From the NCBI GenBank assembly GCA_964607985.1, contig CAZSMW010000465.1, positions 1 through 44,791 on the forward strand: 44,791 nt of DNA, read 5' to 3'. Origin of the DNA: an uncultured Eubacteriales bacterium. Its GTDB lineage: Bacteria > Acidobacteriota > Aminicenantia > Aminicenantales > Saccharicenantaceae. Of this stretch, positions 20,049-28,979 are shown piece by piece (the first letter of the stretch is position 1; every line of letters begins with the position of its first letter). The notes under the pieces were generated by a model. It had not been told where the DNA came from. It searched no databases and saw only the letters and a list, made by a program, of their open reading frames with translations. Position numbers and translations under genes: made by a program.

Positions 20049-20597
20049 CTACGGCTCGGAGGTCTTCTCCTCCTGGAGGATCTTTGCGATCTCCTCCTCC
20101 GAGGGGAGCTCATCGAGGCTGTTCAACCCGAAATACTGAAGGAACTTTTCCGAAGTCCTGTAAACCAGCGGGTTTCCCGGCGCCTTTTTCCGCCCGACGA
20201 TCTTGATCAGCTTCTTTTCGAGGAGCGTCTTCAGCGTGGAGGTCGAATCGACGCCCCTCAGGGCCGAGATCTCGGCCTGGGTGACCGGCTGGTGGTAGGC
20301 CACCGAACACAGGGTCTCCAGACCTGCCGGGGAGAGCTTGTTCTTGCGTTCGATTTGGAGCAGCCGCCGGACCGGACGGTCTTGGTCCGGCTTGGTCGCG
20401 AAGATATACCCGCCGCCTGTCTGAATGATCCGGATCCCGTGTTCCGGCGAATCGTAGCTCAGGACGAGTCCGTCGATCGCTTCCCGGATGTCCTCGGCGG
20501 CGGCGTCCTCCAGGACGCTCTGGATCTTGTCCGGGGTCAAGGGGTCCTGCGATATGAAGATCAGGGATTCGATGATCTCTTTGAGATGGTCAGTCAT
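20049..20597 (-). CDS. scpB: segregation and condensation protein B
   Basis: 182 aa. IIESLIFIS..PLT, LS.AGLETL..VAYHQPVT.AEI..LRGVDS and GRKK.PG.P..Y.T are ScpB signatures. 8-nt overlap with scpA. Confidence 0.9.
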   Translation of the reverse strand: MTDHLKEIIESLIFISQDPLTPDKIQSVLEDAAAEDIREAIDGLVLSYDSPEHGIRIIQTGGGYIFATKPDQDRPVRRLLQIERKNKLSPAGLETLCSVAYHQPVTQAEISALRGVDSTSTLKTLLEKKLIKIVGRKKAPGNPLVYRTSEKFLQYFGLNSLDELPSEEEIAKILQEEKTSEP

Positions 20598-21339
20598 GGA
20601 CGTGGGTCCTGCGGGGGTCTTTGCGGAGCCAGACCTTGATGGTTTGGAAGATCTCGTCCTGAACGGCCAGGACCGTCCTCGAATTGATGAGGTCCAAGAG
20701 GCAGAAGAACGAGACGAGGGCTTCTTCGAGGGACCCTTGGCGCTCGAAATATTCCAGGAAATCGAGGGGGGGGTCTTTTTCGAGGGCGGCGAGAATCTCC
20801 TTCGTCTTCCCCTCGAGCGAAACGTCCTTGCTCTTAATGATCCGGAAATCCTCCGCGGCTCTCCTCTTCATCATCACGAAGAAGGATTCCGCCAGATCGA
20901 AGAGCGAAACCTCGGTGAAGTCCAGGTCATCTTCGCCCGGCAGGGGCGGGAGGAAGCCGCGCTTCCACTGCTGGAGCTGGTCGTCCTCTTTCTCGCGGAG
21001 CAGGGAGCAGGCGGCTTTGACCTTCTGGAACTCGATGAGCCGGTTGACCAGGATCTGCCGGGGGTCCTCCTCCTCGGCCAGGTCCTTTTCTCGCGGCAGC
21101 AGCATCTGCGACTTGATATAGATGAGGAGGGCGGCGACGAACAGGAACTCGGCCTCCCGGTCAAGGTTGATCTGCTCCTTACGTTCGAGGTACTCCAGGT
21201 AGTCCCGGGTGATCGCGGCGATCGGGATGTCATGGATCTCGATCTTTTTTTTTCGGATCAGGAATAGGAGAAGGTCCAGGGGGCCCTCGAAGATATCGAG
21301 CCTGACCTGGTAACCTTCCGTCGTTTCGATCGCGCTCAT
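20590..21339 (-). CDS. scpA: segregation and condensation protein A
   Basis: 249 aa. L..FEGPLDLLL.LI.K.KI.I.DIPIA.IT.QYL is the ScpA N-terminal signature. Confidence 0.9.
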   Translation of the reverse strand: MSAIETTEGYQVRLDIFEGPLDLLLFLIRKKKIEIHDIPIAAITRDYLEYLERKEQINLDREAEFLFVAALLIYIKSQMLLPREKDLAEEEDPRQILVNRLIEFQKVKAACSLLREKEDDQLQQWKRGFLPPLPGEDDLDFTEVSLFDLAESFFVMMKRRAAEDFRIIKSKDVSLEGKTKEILAALEKDPPLDFLEYFERQGSLEEALVSFFCLLDLINSRTVLAVQDEIFQTIKVWLRKDPRRTHVHD

Positions 21340-21364
21340 GGGATTGCCGGCTCGATGGACCCGT

Positions 21365-22357
21365 CTAGAGACCGATGGCGGACCTCACGTCCTCCATGGT
21401 CTTCCGCGCAGCCCGCCGGGCCTTGGTATTTCCTTCTTCGAGAATCTCCCACACCCGGCCGGGGTTCGCTTCGAAAGCCCCCCGCTTCTCCCAGTAGGGA
21501 GTGAGGAGCCGGACGAGGCTGTCGATGACCACCTTCTTGCACTCCAGGCAGCCCACCGTCGCCGAGCGGCAGTCGGCGGCCAGCCCATCCCTGGTCTCCT
21601 TGTCCACGAAAGCTCTGTGGAGGGTGAAGACCGGGCAGTCGTCGGGCTCCCCGGGGTCCGACCGCCTTTTCCGCCTCGTGTCCGTAACCATGGGAGAGAT
21701 CTTCTTGCGGATGACCTCCGCCGAGTCCTTGAGGTAGATGGCGTTGCTGTAGGACTTGCTCATTTTGCGTCCGTCCGTCCCGGCCAGCTTGGGGACCTCG
21801 GTCAGGAGTATCTGGGGCTCGGGGAAGACGGGGCCGTAGAACCGGTTGAAGCGCCGGGTGATCTCCCGGGCCAGCTCCAGGTGGCAAGCCTGGTCCTCGC
21901 CGACGGGGACGACCTCGGCCTTGTAGATGATGATGTCGGCCGTCTGGAGGAGCGGATAGCCCAGGAAGCCGTAGGTGTTGAGCTCCTTTTCGGCGAGCTC
22001 CTGCTGCTGCTCTTTGAATGTCGGCACGCGCTCCAGCCAGGGGAGGGGTGTGATCATGGACAGGAGGAGGTGGAGTTCGGCGTGCTCCTTGATCTGTGAT
22101 TGGACGAAGAGGACGCATTTTTCGGGGTCGAGGCCCAAGCTGAGGAGGTCACAGGCGACCTCGAACGTGAAGCCTTTGATGACCTTCGAATCGGCGTACT
22201 CCGAACTCAGGGCGTGCCAGTCCACGATGGAATAGAAGCACCGGTAGTCGTCCTGGAGCCGGACCCAATTCCGGAGCGCGCCGACATAGTCGCCGAGATG
22301 GGCCGCCCCCGTGGGCCGGATGCCGCTCAAAACCGTCTTTTTTGCTTGTTCGTTCAT
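21365..22357 (-). CDS. trpS: tryptophan--tRNA ligase
   Basis: 330 aa. The class I signature GIRPTGAAHLGDYVG is HIGH-like, and KMSKS is present. Confidence 0.95.
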   Translation of the reverse strand: MNEQAKKTVLSGIRPTGAAHLGDYVGALRNWVRLQDDYRCFYSIVDWHALSSEYADSKVIKGFTFEVACDLLSLGLDPEKCVLFVQSQIKEHAELHLLLSMITPLPWLERVPTFKEQQQELAEKELNTYGFLGYPLLQTADIIIYKAEVVPVGEDQACHLELAREITRRFNRFYGPVFPEPQILLTEVPKLAGTDGRKMSKSYSNAIYLKDSAEVIRKKISPMVTDTRRKRRSDPGEPDDCPVFTLHRAFVDKETRDGLAADCRSATVGCLECKKVVIDSLVRLLTPYWEKRGAFEANPGRVWEILEEGNTKARRAARKTMEDVRSAIGL

Positions 22358-22367
22358 GTCCGTTTCG

Positions 22368-23048
22368 TCAGAAGAAGATCATCGTGAAAATGAAGAGTTG
22401 AAGGGGCCGGATGATGATGTCCAGGAACCCCAGATAGATCAGGATGAGGACGATGAGGAAGCCGAAGGGCCGGATGCGGTCGTACCTCCGCGCCGCTTCG
22501 TCCGGGAGGAGGCCGGCTAGAACCCCGCTCCCGTCCAATGGTGGAATGGGGATGAGGTTGAAGACCGCTAGATAGGTGTTGATGAGGACGGCGTAGAAGA
22601 GGATCAGGGCCAGGCCCTGAAGGGGATAGAAGCCGCGCGGGAACCCTTGTTTGTAGACCAGAAAGCTCCTGAGGAATCCGGTCAGGCCGGGGCTCAGGAG
22701 TTTGAGGATGAGGATCGAGATCAGGGCCGCGGCGGCAGCGGTCATGTTGGCGGCGGGACCGGCGAGGGAGATCCAGAGGTTATCGCGGCGGGGGTTCTTC
22801 AGGTTGTAGGGATTGACCATCACGGGCTTAGCCCAACCGAAGGCCGGGGCGCCGATGAGCACGAGGACGAGCGGCAGGAGCACCGTCCCGATCGGGTCGA
22901 TATGAGCTATCGGGTTGAGGGAGACCCGCCCCATGCCGTAGGCCGTCTGGTCGCCCATCTTGTAGGCCGCCAAGGCGTGGGACGCCTCGTGAATCGTGAT
23001 GGCGAAAAGCAACACAAAAAGACTGATGACGATCGATAGATAATCCAT
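22368..23048 (-). CDS. M50 site-2-protease-family membrane metalloprotease
   Basis: 226 aa, polytopic. HEASHAL (HExxH) lies in the first TM segment, followed by NP.AHIDP.GT. Confidence 0.8.
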   Translation of the reverse strand: MDYLSIVISLFVLLFAITIHEASHALAAYKMGDQTAYGMGRVSLNPIAHIDPIGTVLLPLVLVLIGAPAFGWAKPVMVNPYNLKNPRRDNLWISLAGPAANMTAAAAALISILILKLLSPGLTGFLRSFLVYKQGFPRGFYPLQGLALILFYAVLINTYLAVFNLIPIPPLDGSGVLAGLLPDEAARRYDRIRPFGFLIVLILIYLGFLDIIIRPLQLFIFTMIFF

Positions 23049-23063
23049 GTTGATCCGCCGCTA

Positions 23064-23092
23064 TTTATAGCACATCCGCGGCGGTCTGGAAA
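23064..23092 (-). promoter_or_regulatory. candidate promoter TTTCCA-17-TATAAA for the M50 protease gene, bracketed by a CCGCCGC/GCGGCGG inverted repeat
   Basis: On the minus strand, TTTCCA is at 23092..23087, followed by a 17-nt spacer and TATAAA at 23069..23064. The ATG is 15 nt further on, with no SD. Inverted-repeat arms are at 23055..23061 and 23078..23084. Confidence 0.4.
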
Positions 23093-23095
23093 TAG

Positions 23096-24676
23096 CTATC
23101 CTTTTAATATGCTGTCGACCTCGTCCTTATCGACATCCATGATGTAATGGATTCCGCTGATCCGAGCGGCGTCCTGGGTCAGGGCGGCGATATCGCCCCG
23201 GGTGATGTATTCGAGCGCGAATTTGCGTTCCCCGGCCATCATCTGCCGAAGACCCTGGCTCAGCCGTTTGAAATAGGTGTAGACGCCTATCGCGCCGGTG
23301 GGAAGATCGTTGAACCGTGTTTTATACTTCAGCTTGAGCTCGGGCGCCGTAACGAAAATCTCCTCAGCCGAGCTGCCGAAGCGCTCGACGTAGACCGGGA
23401 TCTGTCCGTCCTTGACCCGGCTGCCGATGGTCTTGCCGACCATGGCCGCGGCCATGGGGCTGCGGGCCATTCCGATCGCCTTGACGTAGGGCGCGCCGAG
23501 GGCCAGGGCCTTGAAGATCTGGTCCTCGAAGGTGATTCCGCCGGCGAAGGCGATGTCCGGGACGTACTCGCCGGCCTTGGCCAGCCGGTCGGCGTAGTTA
23601 TAGGTCAGCGACCAGATCTCGACGCTCGGGATGCCCCACTCGTTCATCATCCGCCAGGGGCTCATCCCCGTGCCGCCGCCGGCCCCGTCCACGGTCAGGA
23701 AGTCGATCTTCGCCTTTGAGGCGAACTTCACGGCCCGGGCCAGGTCGGCGGGCCTGTAAGCCCCCGTCTTGAGGAAAACGTACTTGGCGCCGGCCTTTCG
23801 GAGCGCTTCGACACGCTTCATGAAGCCCTCTTCCTCGACCATTCCCAGGCGGGAATGACGCTCGAACTCCTTGAAGCTTCCCTTCTCGAAGGCCTGGATG
23901 ACGTTCGGCTCCTCGGGATCCGGCAGGACGATATAGCCTCGCTTCTTGAGCTCCTGGGCCTTCTTGAGGCTCTTGATCTTGACCTCGCCGCCGATGTCCT
24001 TTGCCCCCTGACCCCATTTCAGCTCGACGATCTCGATGCCTAGCTTTTCGATGGCATATTCCTGGACGCCGAGTCGCGTGTCTTCGACATTGGCCTGGAC
24101 GACGACGGCGCCGTAGCCGTCGTCCTGCCAGTCCTTGAAGCTTCGAATCCGGAACTCCATATCCGGGGAGCGGACGACCCGGCCACTCTTGAACTCGGAG
24201 CCCTCGTCCATGCCGCAGACGTTCTCGCCGATCGTCAAGATGGTTCCGGAGATGGCCGCTCCCGCGGCCAGCCCTTCCCAGTTTTGTTTGGCCACGTTGG
24301 TCGAGCCCATGCCGCCCAAAACGAAGGGCACGCGGAGCTTGATGGCCTTGTTGCGGCCGATCCGGGTCTCTATTTCAACCTTCTCGAAAGTGGCCTTATC
24401 CGAATCGGCTTCGACGCCCCAGGCGCCCGCGGCCGTCCCCATGATGCTGAAGTGGGACAGGTCCACCGGATATTCTTTTTCCGACGCAGCCGTGATGATC
24501 CCGAAGGGTTGGGGATAGAGGACCTCGGCCCCGCGGTAGGCCGATTTCCCGATCTCGCACATGCCGATGCATCCGTCGACACAGGTCACGCACATCCCGC
24601 TGAACGGGCTGATGGACCCCTCGGTCCGGTTCTTGGTCAAAGTTGCCGCGCTCCTGTTGAGCCTCGTGTAAGACAT
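23096..24676 (-). CDS. glutamate-synthase-related FMN-binding protein (GltB central domain only)
   Basis: 526 aa. VPFVLGGMG, ELKWGQGAKDIGGE, TVDGAGGGTGMSP and IAFAGGI blocks match the GltB FMN/TIM-barrel domain. N-terminal Cys cluster CVTCVDGCIGMC. No amidotransferase domain and no GXGXG C-terminal domain. AGGAGG lies 8 nt before the ATG. Confidence 0.8.
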   Translation of the reverse strand: MSYTRLNRSAATLTKNRTEGSISPFSGMCVTCVDGCIGMCEIGKSAYRGAEVLYPQPFGIITAASEKEYPVDLSHFSIMGTAAGAWGVEADSDKATFEKVEIETRIGRNKAIKLRVPFVLGGMGSTNVAKQNWEGLAAGAAISGTILTIGENVCGMDEGSEFKSGRVVRSPDMEFRIRSFKDWQDDGYGAVVVQANVEDTRLGVQEYAIEKLGIEIVELKWGQGAKDIGGEVKIKSLKKAQELKKRGYIVLPDPEEPNVIQAFEKGSFKEFERHSRLGMVEEEGFMKRVEALRKAGAKYVFLKTGAYRPADLARAVKFASKAKIDFLTVDGAGGGTGMSPWRMMNEWGIPSVEIWSLTYNYADRLAKAGEYVPDIAFAGGITFEDQIFKALALGAPYVKAIGMARSPMAAAMVGKTIGSRVKDGQIPVYVERFGSSAEEIFVTAPELKLKYKTRFNDLPTGAIGVYTYFKRLSQGLRQMMAGERKFALEYITRGDIAALTQDAARISGIHYIMDVDKDEVDSILKG

Positions 24677-24737
24677 GATTCGTTACCTCCTTGTCATCTC
24701 TTTCTTTAGATTCCTATATCCCATGGTTAGGTGAAAA

Positions 24738-25418
24738 CTACTTTTTTTCCTGGACGCAGGTGCCGCACCGCCCGGCGTCGTACATCCAGCACTGAAGCTC
24801 ATCGTAGTGGTCCAGACAGCTGGGGTCCATCGTCAGGCAGGCATTGCATACGGGCGTCTCGGCGTTCGGCCCCTGGCAGCGGAGCGAACAAGCCGGGCAG
24901 ATGTAGATGCAGGCGCCGCACAGCCGGCATTCCTCGGACTTGATGTCGAAAGGCGTCGAGATCTTCCGCTTGTGGCCGCGGTTCTGGAAACCGATCGCCC
25001 GGGCGTCCATCTGCTCATCGCAAATCCGAATGCAGAGGCCGCAGGAGACGCACTCCTCGTTGCGCGGTTTGAACCGCTGCTGTGTCACACCGAACTTTGA
25101 GGCCAGGTCCTGGATCTCCTTGGAATAGGGGGCCGTCGAGAGCATGAGCTCGATCATCATCCGTCGCGATTCGATGACGCGCCGCGTGTCCGTCCGGACG
25201 ATCAGGCCCCTTTCTACCGTGCGCGTGCAGGAGCTGACGAGCTTCGATGCCGGCTCCTTTCCGATCTCGACCAGGCAGAGCCGGCACCCCCCGTATGGGG
25301 CCAGCCCCTCGTTCCAGCAGAGCGTCGGGATCTCGAGCCCGTAGAACTTGGCCGCTTCGAGGATGGTCCAACCCTCCTCGGCCTGAACCTCCAAACCGTT
25401 CAAGATGAATGGGATCAT
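24738..25418 (-). CDS. 2Fe-2S plus 2x[4Fe-4S] iron-sulfur protein, NuoG/HydA N-terminal-like, with no catalytic domain
   Basis: 226 aa. Plant-type 2Fe-2S pattern LCWNEGLAPYGGCRLCLVEI...SSC. Two ferredoxin motifs, CVSCGLCIRIC and CRLCGACIYICP. An additional Cys-rich C-terminus. No H-cluster motifs. ATGA overlap with the upstream NuoF-GltD stop. Confidence 0.8.
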   Translation of the reverse strand: MIPFILNGLEVQAEEGWTILEAAKFYGLEIPTLCWNEGLAPYGGCRLCLVEIGKEPASKLVSSCTRTVERGLIVRTDTRRVIESRRMMIELMLSTAPYSKEIQDLASKFGVTQQRFKPRNEECVSCGLCIRICDEQMDARAIGFQNRGHKRKISTPFDIKSEECRLCGACIYICPACSLRCQGPNAETPVCNACLTMDPSCLDHYDELQCWMYDAGRCGTCVQEKK

Positions 25419-28400
25419 TTTGTCCTTCCTGTGGATATCTTGCCGTCCTCGGTTTGCAGATCACACCGCAGGCAGCGCCTCGCCTCCTGGACGGCCATCT
25501 CCTCGGTCAAGCCCATCTCGACCTCCTTGAAGTTCTTCCTCCGCTGGGAGACGGAGAGGTGTTTCATCTTAGGCCTCCTGGCTTTATCCACCTCCTCTTC
25601 TCCGAGCATTTCCGGCGCGACGTACATCGAAGGCCGGGTGAGAGGATACTCGCGGCGGAGGGGCCGCCCGCCGGCATATTTCTCGATGGTTTCGGCGGCA
25701 AGCTTTCCGGCGGCCATGGCCTCGATAACGGTACGCGGACCGGTAACGGCGTCACCGCCGGCAAAAACTCCATCCCACGTCGTCATGGCTGTCTCCCCGT
25801 CGATGACGATATTCTCCCGGTCCCTGCGGATGCCGTCCGCCTCGACGATATATGAGGTGTCGGGCCGCTCGCTGATCGCCAGGATGAGCGTATCGAGCGA
25901 AGTGGTGAAATTGGATCCCTCGATGGGCACCGGCCTCGGGCGGCCGCTCGCGTCTTTCTCGCCGAGCTTCATGCGGACGCATTCGATGGCGACCGCCTTC
26001 CCGTTCTTCGTGACAACCTTTACCGGCGCCACGAGGAACTGGATATCTATGCCCTCGTCGATGGCGGCATCGACCTCTTCGGCCAACGCCGGCATCTCGG
26101 CCTTGGTCCGCCGGTAGAAGATCGCCACGTTCTCGCAGTTCTTATCGCGAAGGGCGGCACGGGCGGCGTCGATGGCCGAGTTCCCTCCTCCTACGACGCA
26201 CACCCGCTTGCCGATCGGGACTTTCTTGCCGAGATTCAACTCTCTCAGGTACTCCACGGAGTGGAGAACCCCCCCGGCATCTTCCCCGGGAATGCCCATC
26301 AGCATGGACTTGCCTGCCCCCGTGGCGCAAAATACGGAGTGGTAGCCGGACTTGAATAACCCCTCGATGGTGATATCCCGGCCCATGATGATGCCGGTCC
26401 GGATCTCGACGCCGGCAGCCTTGATCCTCTCGATCTCTTTGTCGATGACGGGCTTCGGCAGACGATGGTCGGGGATCCCTACGGCCAACATTCCGCCCGC
26501 AACCGGCAGCGCCTCGAAGATCGTCGGCCGGAAGCCCTTTCTGGCGAGGAAATAGCCGGCCGCTAATCCCGACGGCCCGGCGCCGATGATCGCGATCCTC
26601 TCCCGGTTCTGTTCGACGGGCTCCGGAATATAGTTGATGCCGTTCCGGTCCGCCCAATCCATGACGAATCGTTTGAGGCTGCGGATGGAGATGGGGTCTC
26701 CCGTTTCGCCGGCCGCGCAGACCTTCTCGCAGGGATGGTGGCAGACCCGGCCGCAGACCGAAGGCAGAGGATTGTCCTTCATGATGACCCGGAAGGCCTC
26801 CTCGAAGTTCCTCTGGGCGATGAGGGCGATGTAGGTCGAAGCCTCCTGGTCAATGGGGCACGCGTATTGGCAAGGAGACGACACGAGCTCCTTGCAGACC
26901 ATGGCCGGGCACCTTTTCAGCTTGATGTGGGCTTCATACTCGTCCCGGAAATAACGGAGGGTGGAGAGGATCGGATTGGCGGCCGTTTGTCCCAAACCGC
27001 ACAAGGAGGCGTCCTTGACCACTTTGGCCAGCTCTTCGAGGAGAGCCAGGTCCTTCTCCTTTGCCTGGCCTTCCGTGATGTCCTTGAGGATCTCCCACAT
27101 TCTTTGCGTTCCCTCCCGACAGGAGAGGCACTTGCCGCAGGATTCGTCGCGGAGGAAGTTGAGGAAATATTTGGCCAGGTCAACCATGCAGGTCTTGTCG
27201 TCCAAGACGATCATGCCGCCCGAACCCATCATGGCCCCGGCCCCGGTCAGGCTTTCGTAATCGACGGGTAGATCAAGGAGTTTGGCGGGGATACAGCCGC
27301 CCGAAGGGCCGCCGATCTGGATGGCCTTGAATTCCCTGTCCTGGGGAATGCCGCCGCCGATGCCGTAAACGATGTCCCGGAGCGTGATTCCCATCGGAAC
27401 TTCGACCAGCCCCGTGTTGTTGATCTTGCCGACGAGGGAGAAGATCTTCGTCCCTTTGCTCGTTTCCGTCCCGAGGCTCGCAAGCCACTGGCCACCGCGG
27501 CGGATGATATTCGGGACGGTGGCCCAGGTCTCGACATTGTTGATCACTGTCGGCTTTCCCCAGAGACCCTTTTGGGCGGGGTAGGGAGGTCTTTGCCGGG
27601 GCGTCGCGATCCGCCCTTCCACGGAGGCGATCAGGGCGGTCTCTTCTCCGGAGACGAAGGCCCCGGCGCCCTGGACGATTTCGATATCGAAATCGAATCC
27701 CGTCCCAAGGATGTCCTTTCCGAGCAGGCCGTATTCCTGCGCCTGGCGGATGGCGATGTCGACGCGCTCGATCGCCAGGGGGTATTCGTTCCGGATGTAG
27801 ATGAATCCCTTCTCGGCGCCGATCGCTTTGGCCCCGATGACCATTCCTTCGAGAACAGCGTGGGGATCGGCCTCAAGAACGGAACGGTCCATGAACGCGC
27901 CCGGATCCCCCTCGTCGCCGTTACAGATGATGTATTTGGGCGTCGCCGTTTCTTTACGGCAGGATTCCCATTTCTTACCCGTGGGGAATCCGGCGCCGCC
28001 TCTCCCGCGGAGCCCGGAGGCGCTGATTTCGGCGATGACCTCCTCCGGGGTCATCTCCGCCAGAACCTTGGCCATGGCCTCATAGCCATCGAAGCCGATG
28101 TAGTCGTCGATCTTTTCGGGGTCGATGCGGCCGCGGTTCCGGAGGACGATGAGCCGTTGGTGCTTGAAGAACGCGATGTCCTTCATTTTGGGGATCGGCT
28201 CTTCCTCCTTGGGCGGGATGTACATGAATTTTTTTACCGGTCTCCCTTTGAGAAGATGCTCTTCGACGAGGAGGGGGACGTCTTCGACCTTGAGCTGCTG
28301 ATAGAAGATGCCTTCCGGCTGAACCAAGAGAATGGGGCCCCTCTCGCAAAATCCGTTGCATCCCGTAGCGATGACCAGGACCTCATCCTGAAGGTTCCGT

Positions 28401-28501
28401 TTCCGGACCTCCTTTTCGAGGGCCTCTTTGATCTTGAAGGACCCGCAGGAAACACATCCGGTGCCGGCGCAGATTAATAAGTGAGCTCGATATTGTTTCA
28501 A
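25415..28501 (-). CDS. fusion protein: thioredoxin-like 2Fe-2S domain + NuoF/HydB-like NADH-FMN module + GltD/NfnB-like FAD-NAD(P)H module
   Basis: ORF 25415..28534. Start preferred at TTG 28501, where GAAGGGGGAccc lies just upstream and immediately after the previous stop. Domains in order: HLLICAGTGC...ATGCNGFC (2Fe-2S), GLRGRGGAGFPTGKKW (FMN/NADH), ESCGKCLSCREG (N3-type 4Fe-4S). Then SSPCQYACP and CGRVCHHPCEKVC (GltD-type clusters), IAIIGAGPSGLAAG (FAD) and VCVVGGGNSAIDAAR (NAD(P)H). Confidence 0.85.
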   Translation of the reverse strand: MKQYRAHLLICAGTGCVSCGSFKIKEALEKEVRKRNLQDEVLVIATGCNGFCERGPILLVQPEGIFYQQLKVEDVPLLVEEHLLKGRPVKKFMYIPPKEEEPIPKMKDIAFFKHQRLIVLRNRGRIDPEKIDDYIGFDGYEAMAKVLAEMTPEEVIAEISASGLRGRGGAGFPTGKKWESCRKETATPKYIICNGDEGDPGAFMDRSVLEADPHAVLEGMVIGAKAIGAEKGFIYIRNEYPLAIERVDIAIRQAQEYGLLGKDILGTGFDFDIEIVQGAGAFVSGEETALIASVEGRIATPRQRPPYPAQKGLWGKPTVINNVETWATVPNIIRRGGQWLASLGTETSKGTKIFSLVGKINNTGLVEVPMGITLRDIVYGIGGGIPQDREFKAIQIGGPSGGCIPAKLLDLPVDYESLTGAGAMMGSGGMIVLDDKTCMVDLAKYFLNFLRDESCGKCLSCREGTQRMWEILKDITEGQAKEKDLALLEELAKVVKDASLCGLGQTAANPILSTLRYFRDEYEAHIKLKRCPAMVCKELVSSPCQYACPIDQEASTYIALIAQRNFEEAFRVIMKDNPLPSVCGRVCHHPCEKVCAAGETGDPISIRSLKRFVMDWADRNGINYIPEPVEQNRERIAIIGAGPSGLAAGYFLARKGFRPTIFEALPVAGGMLAVGIPDHRLPKPVIDKEIERIKAAGVEIRTGIIMGRDITIEGLFKSGYHSVFCATGAGKSMLMGIPGEDAGGVLHSVEYLRELNLGKKVPIGKRVCVVGGGNSAIDAARAALRDKNCENVAIFYRRTKAEMPALAEEVDAAIDEGIDIQFLVAPVKVVTKNGKAVAIECVRMKLGEKDASGRPRPVPIEGSNFTTSLDTLILAISERPDTSYIVEADGIRRDRENIVIDGETAMTTWDGVFAGGDAVTGPRTVIEAMAAGKLAAETIEKYAGGRPLRREYPLTRPSMYVAPEMLGEEEVDKARRPKMKHLSVSQRRKNFKEVEMGLTEEMAVQEARRCLRCDLQTEDGKISTGRTK

Positions 28502-28511
28502 GGGTCCCCCT

Positions 28512-28904
28512 TCAATATAAAGTTTCGCTTCCAACCGCCAGGGCGTATTCGGTCGCCGGCCGGCCGCCCAGGACGTGTTTGACCAAGATCTTCCGCATCT
28601 TCGTCGGAGTGAGATCGAAATACTTGACCGGCGGCTGGTCTTTGAGCTCGACCGTGGCCATCGGCTCCCGGTTGCACAGCCCCGCGCAGCCGGATGTCGT
28701 CACGATCACGTCCTTGGCCTTCTTTTTCTTCATCTCGTCCAGGAGGGCGTCCATGATCTCGCGGGCGCCCGCCGCGATCCCGCACGTGCCCATATGGACC
28801 GTGACCTTGGCCCGGCCCCGGCCCTCCCGGATGGTCGATAAGCTCCTGGTTTTTTCCCGGATTTTCGCCAAGTCCTGGATACGGAGTTTTTTCTTTTCTG
28901 CCAT
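28512..28904 (-). CDS. thioredoxin-like [2Fe-2S] ferredoxin (HydD-like small subunit)
   Basis: 130 aa. VTVHMGTCGIAAGAREI...TTSGCAGLCNREP is the thioredoxin-like 2Fe-2S pattern. Confidence 0.8.
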   Translation of the reverse strand: MAEKKKLRIQDLAKIREKTRSLSTIREGRGRAKVTVHMGTCGIAAGAREIMDALLDEMKKKKAKDVIVTTSGCAGLCNREPMATVELKDQPPVKYFDLTPTKMRKILVKHVLGGRPATEYALAVGSETLY

Positions 28905-28979
28905 CAGCTTTCCTTTCCTTCGATCGTGTTCTTCTGATTCTCCTCGGGCCGGTTTGAAGAGGCGTTAGGACCGCCCCGG

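Noticed and set aside
28501-28904. Possibility that the 130-aa 2Fe-2S ferredoxin and the NuoF-GltD gene are one gene split by a frameshift.
   Set aside because: Each has its own complete thioredoxin-like 2Fe-2S motif set. The ferredoxin ends with a clean TGA followed by GAAGGGGGA and a TTG start. To my recollection, a separate small HydD-type ferredoxin is a known arrangement in HydABCD-type operons.
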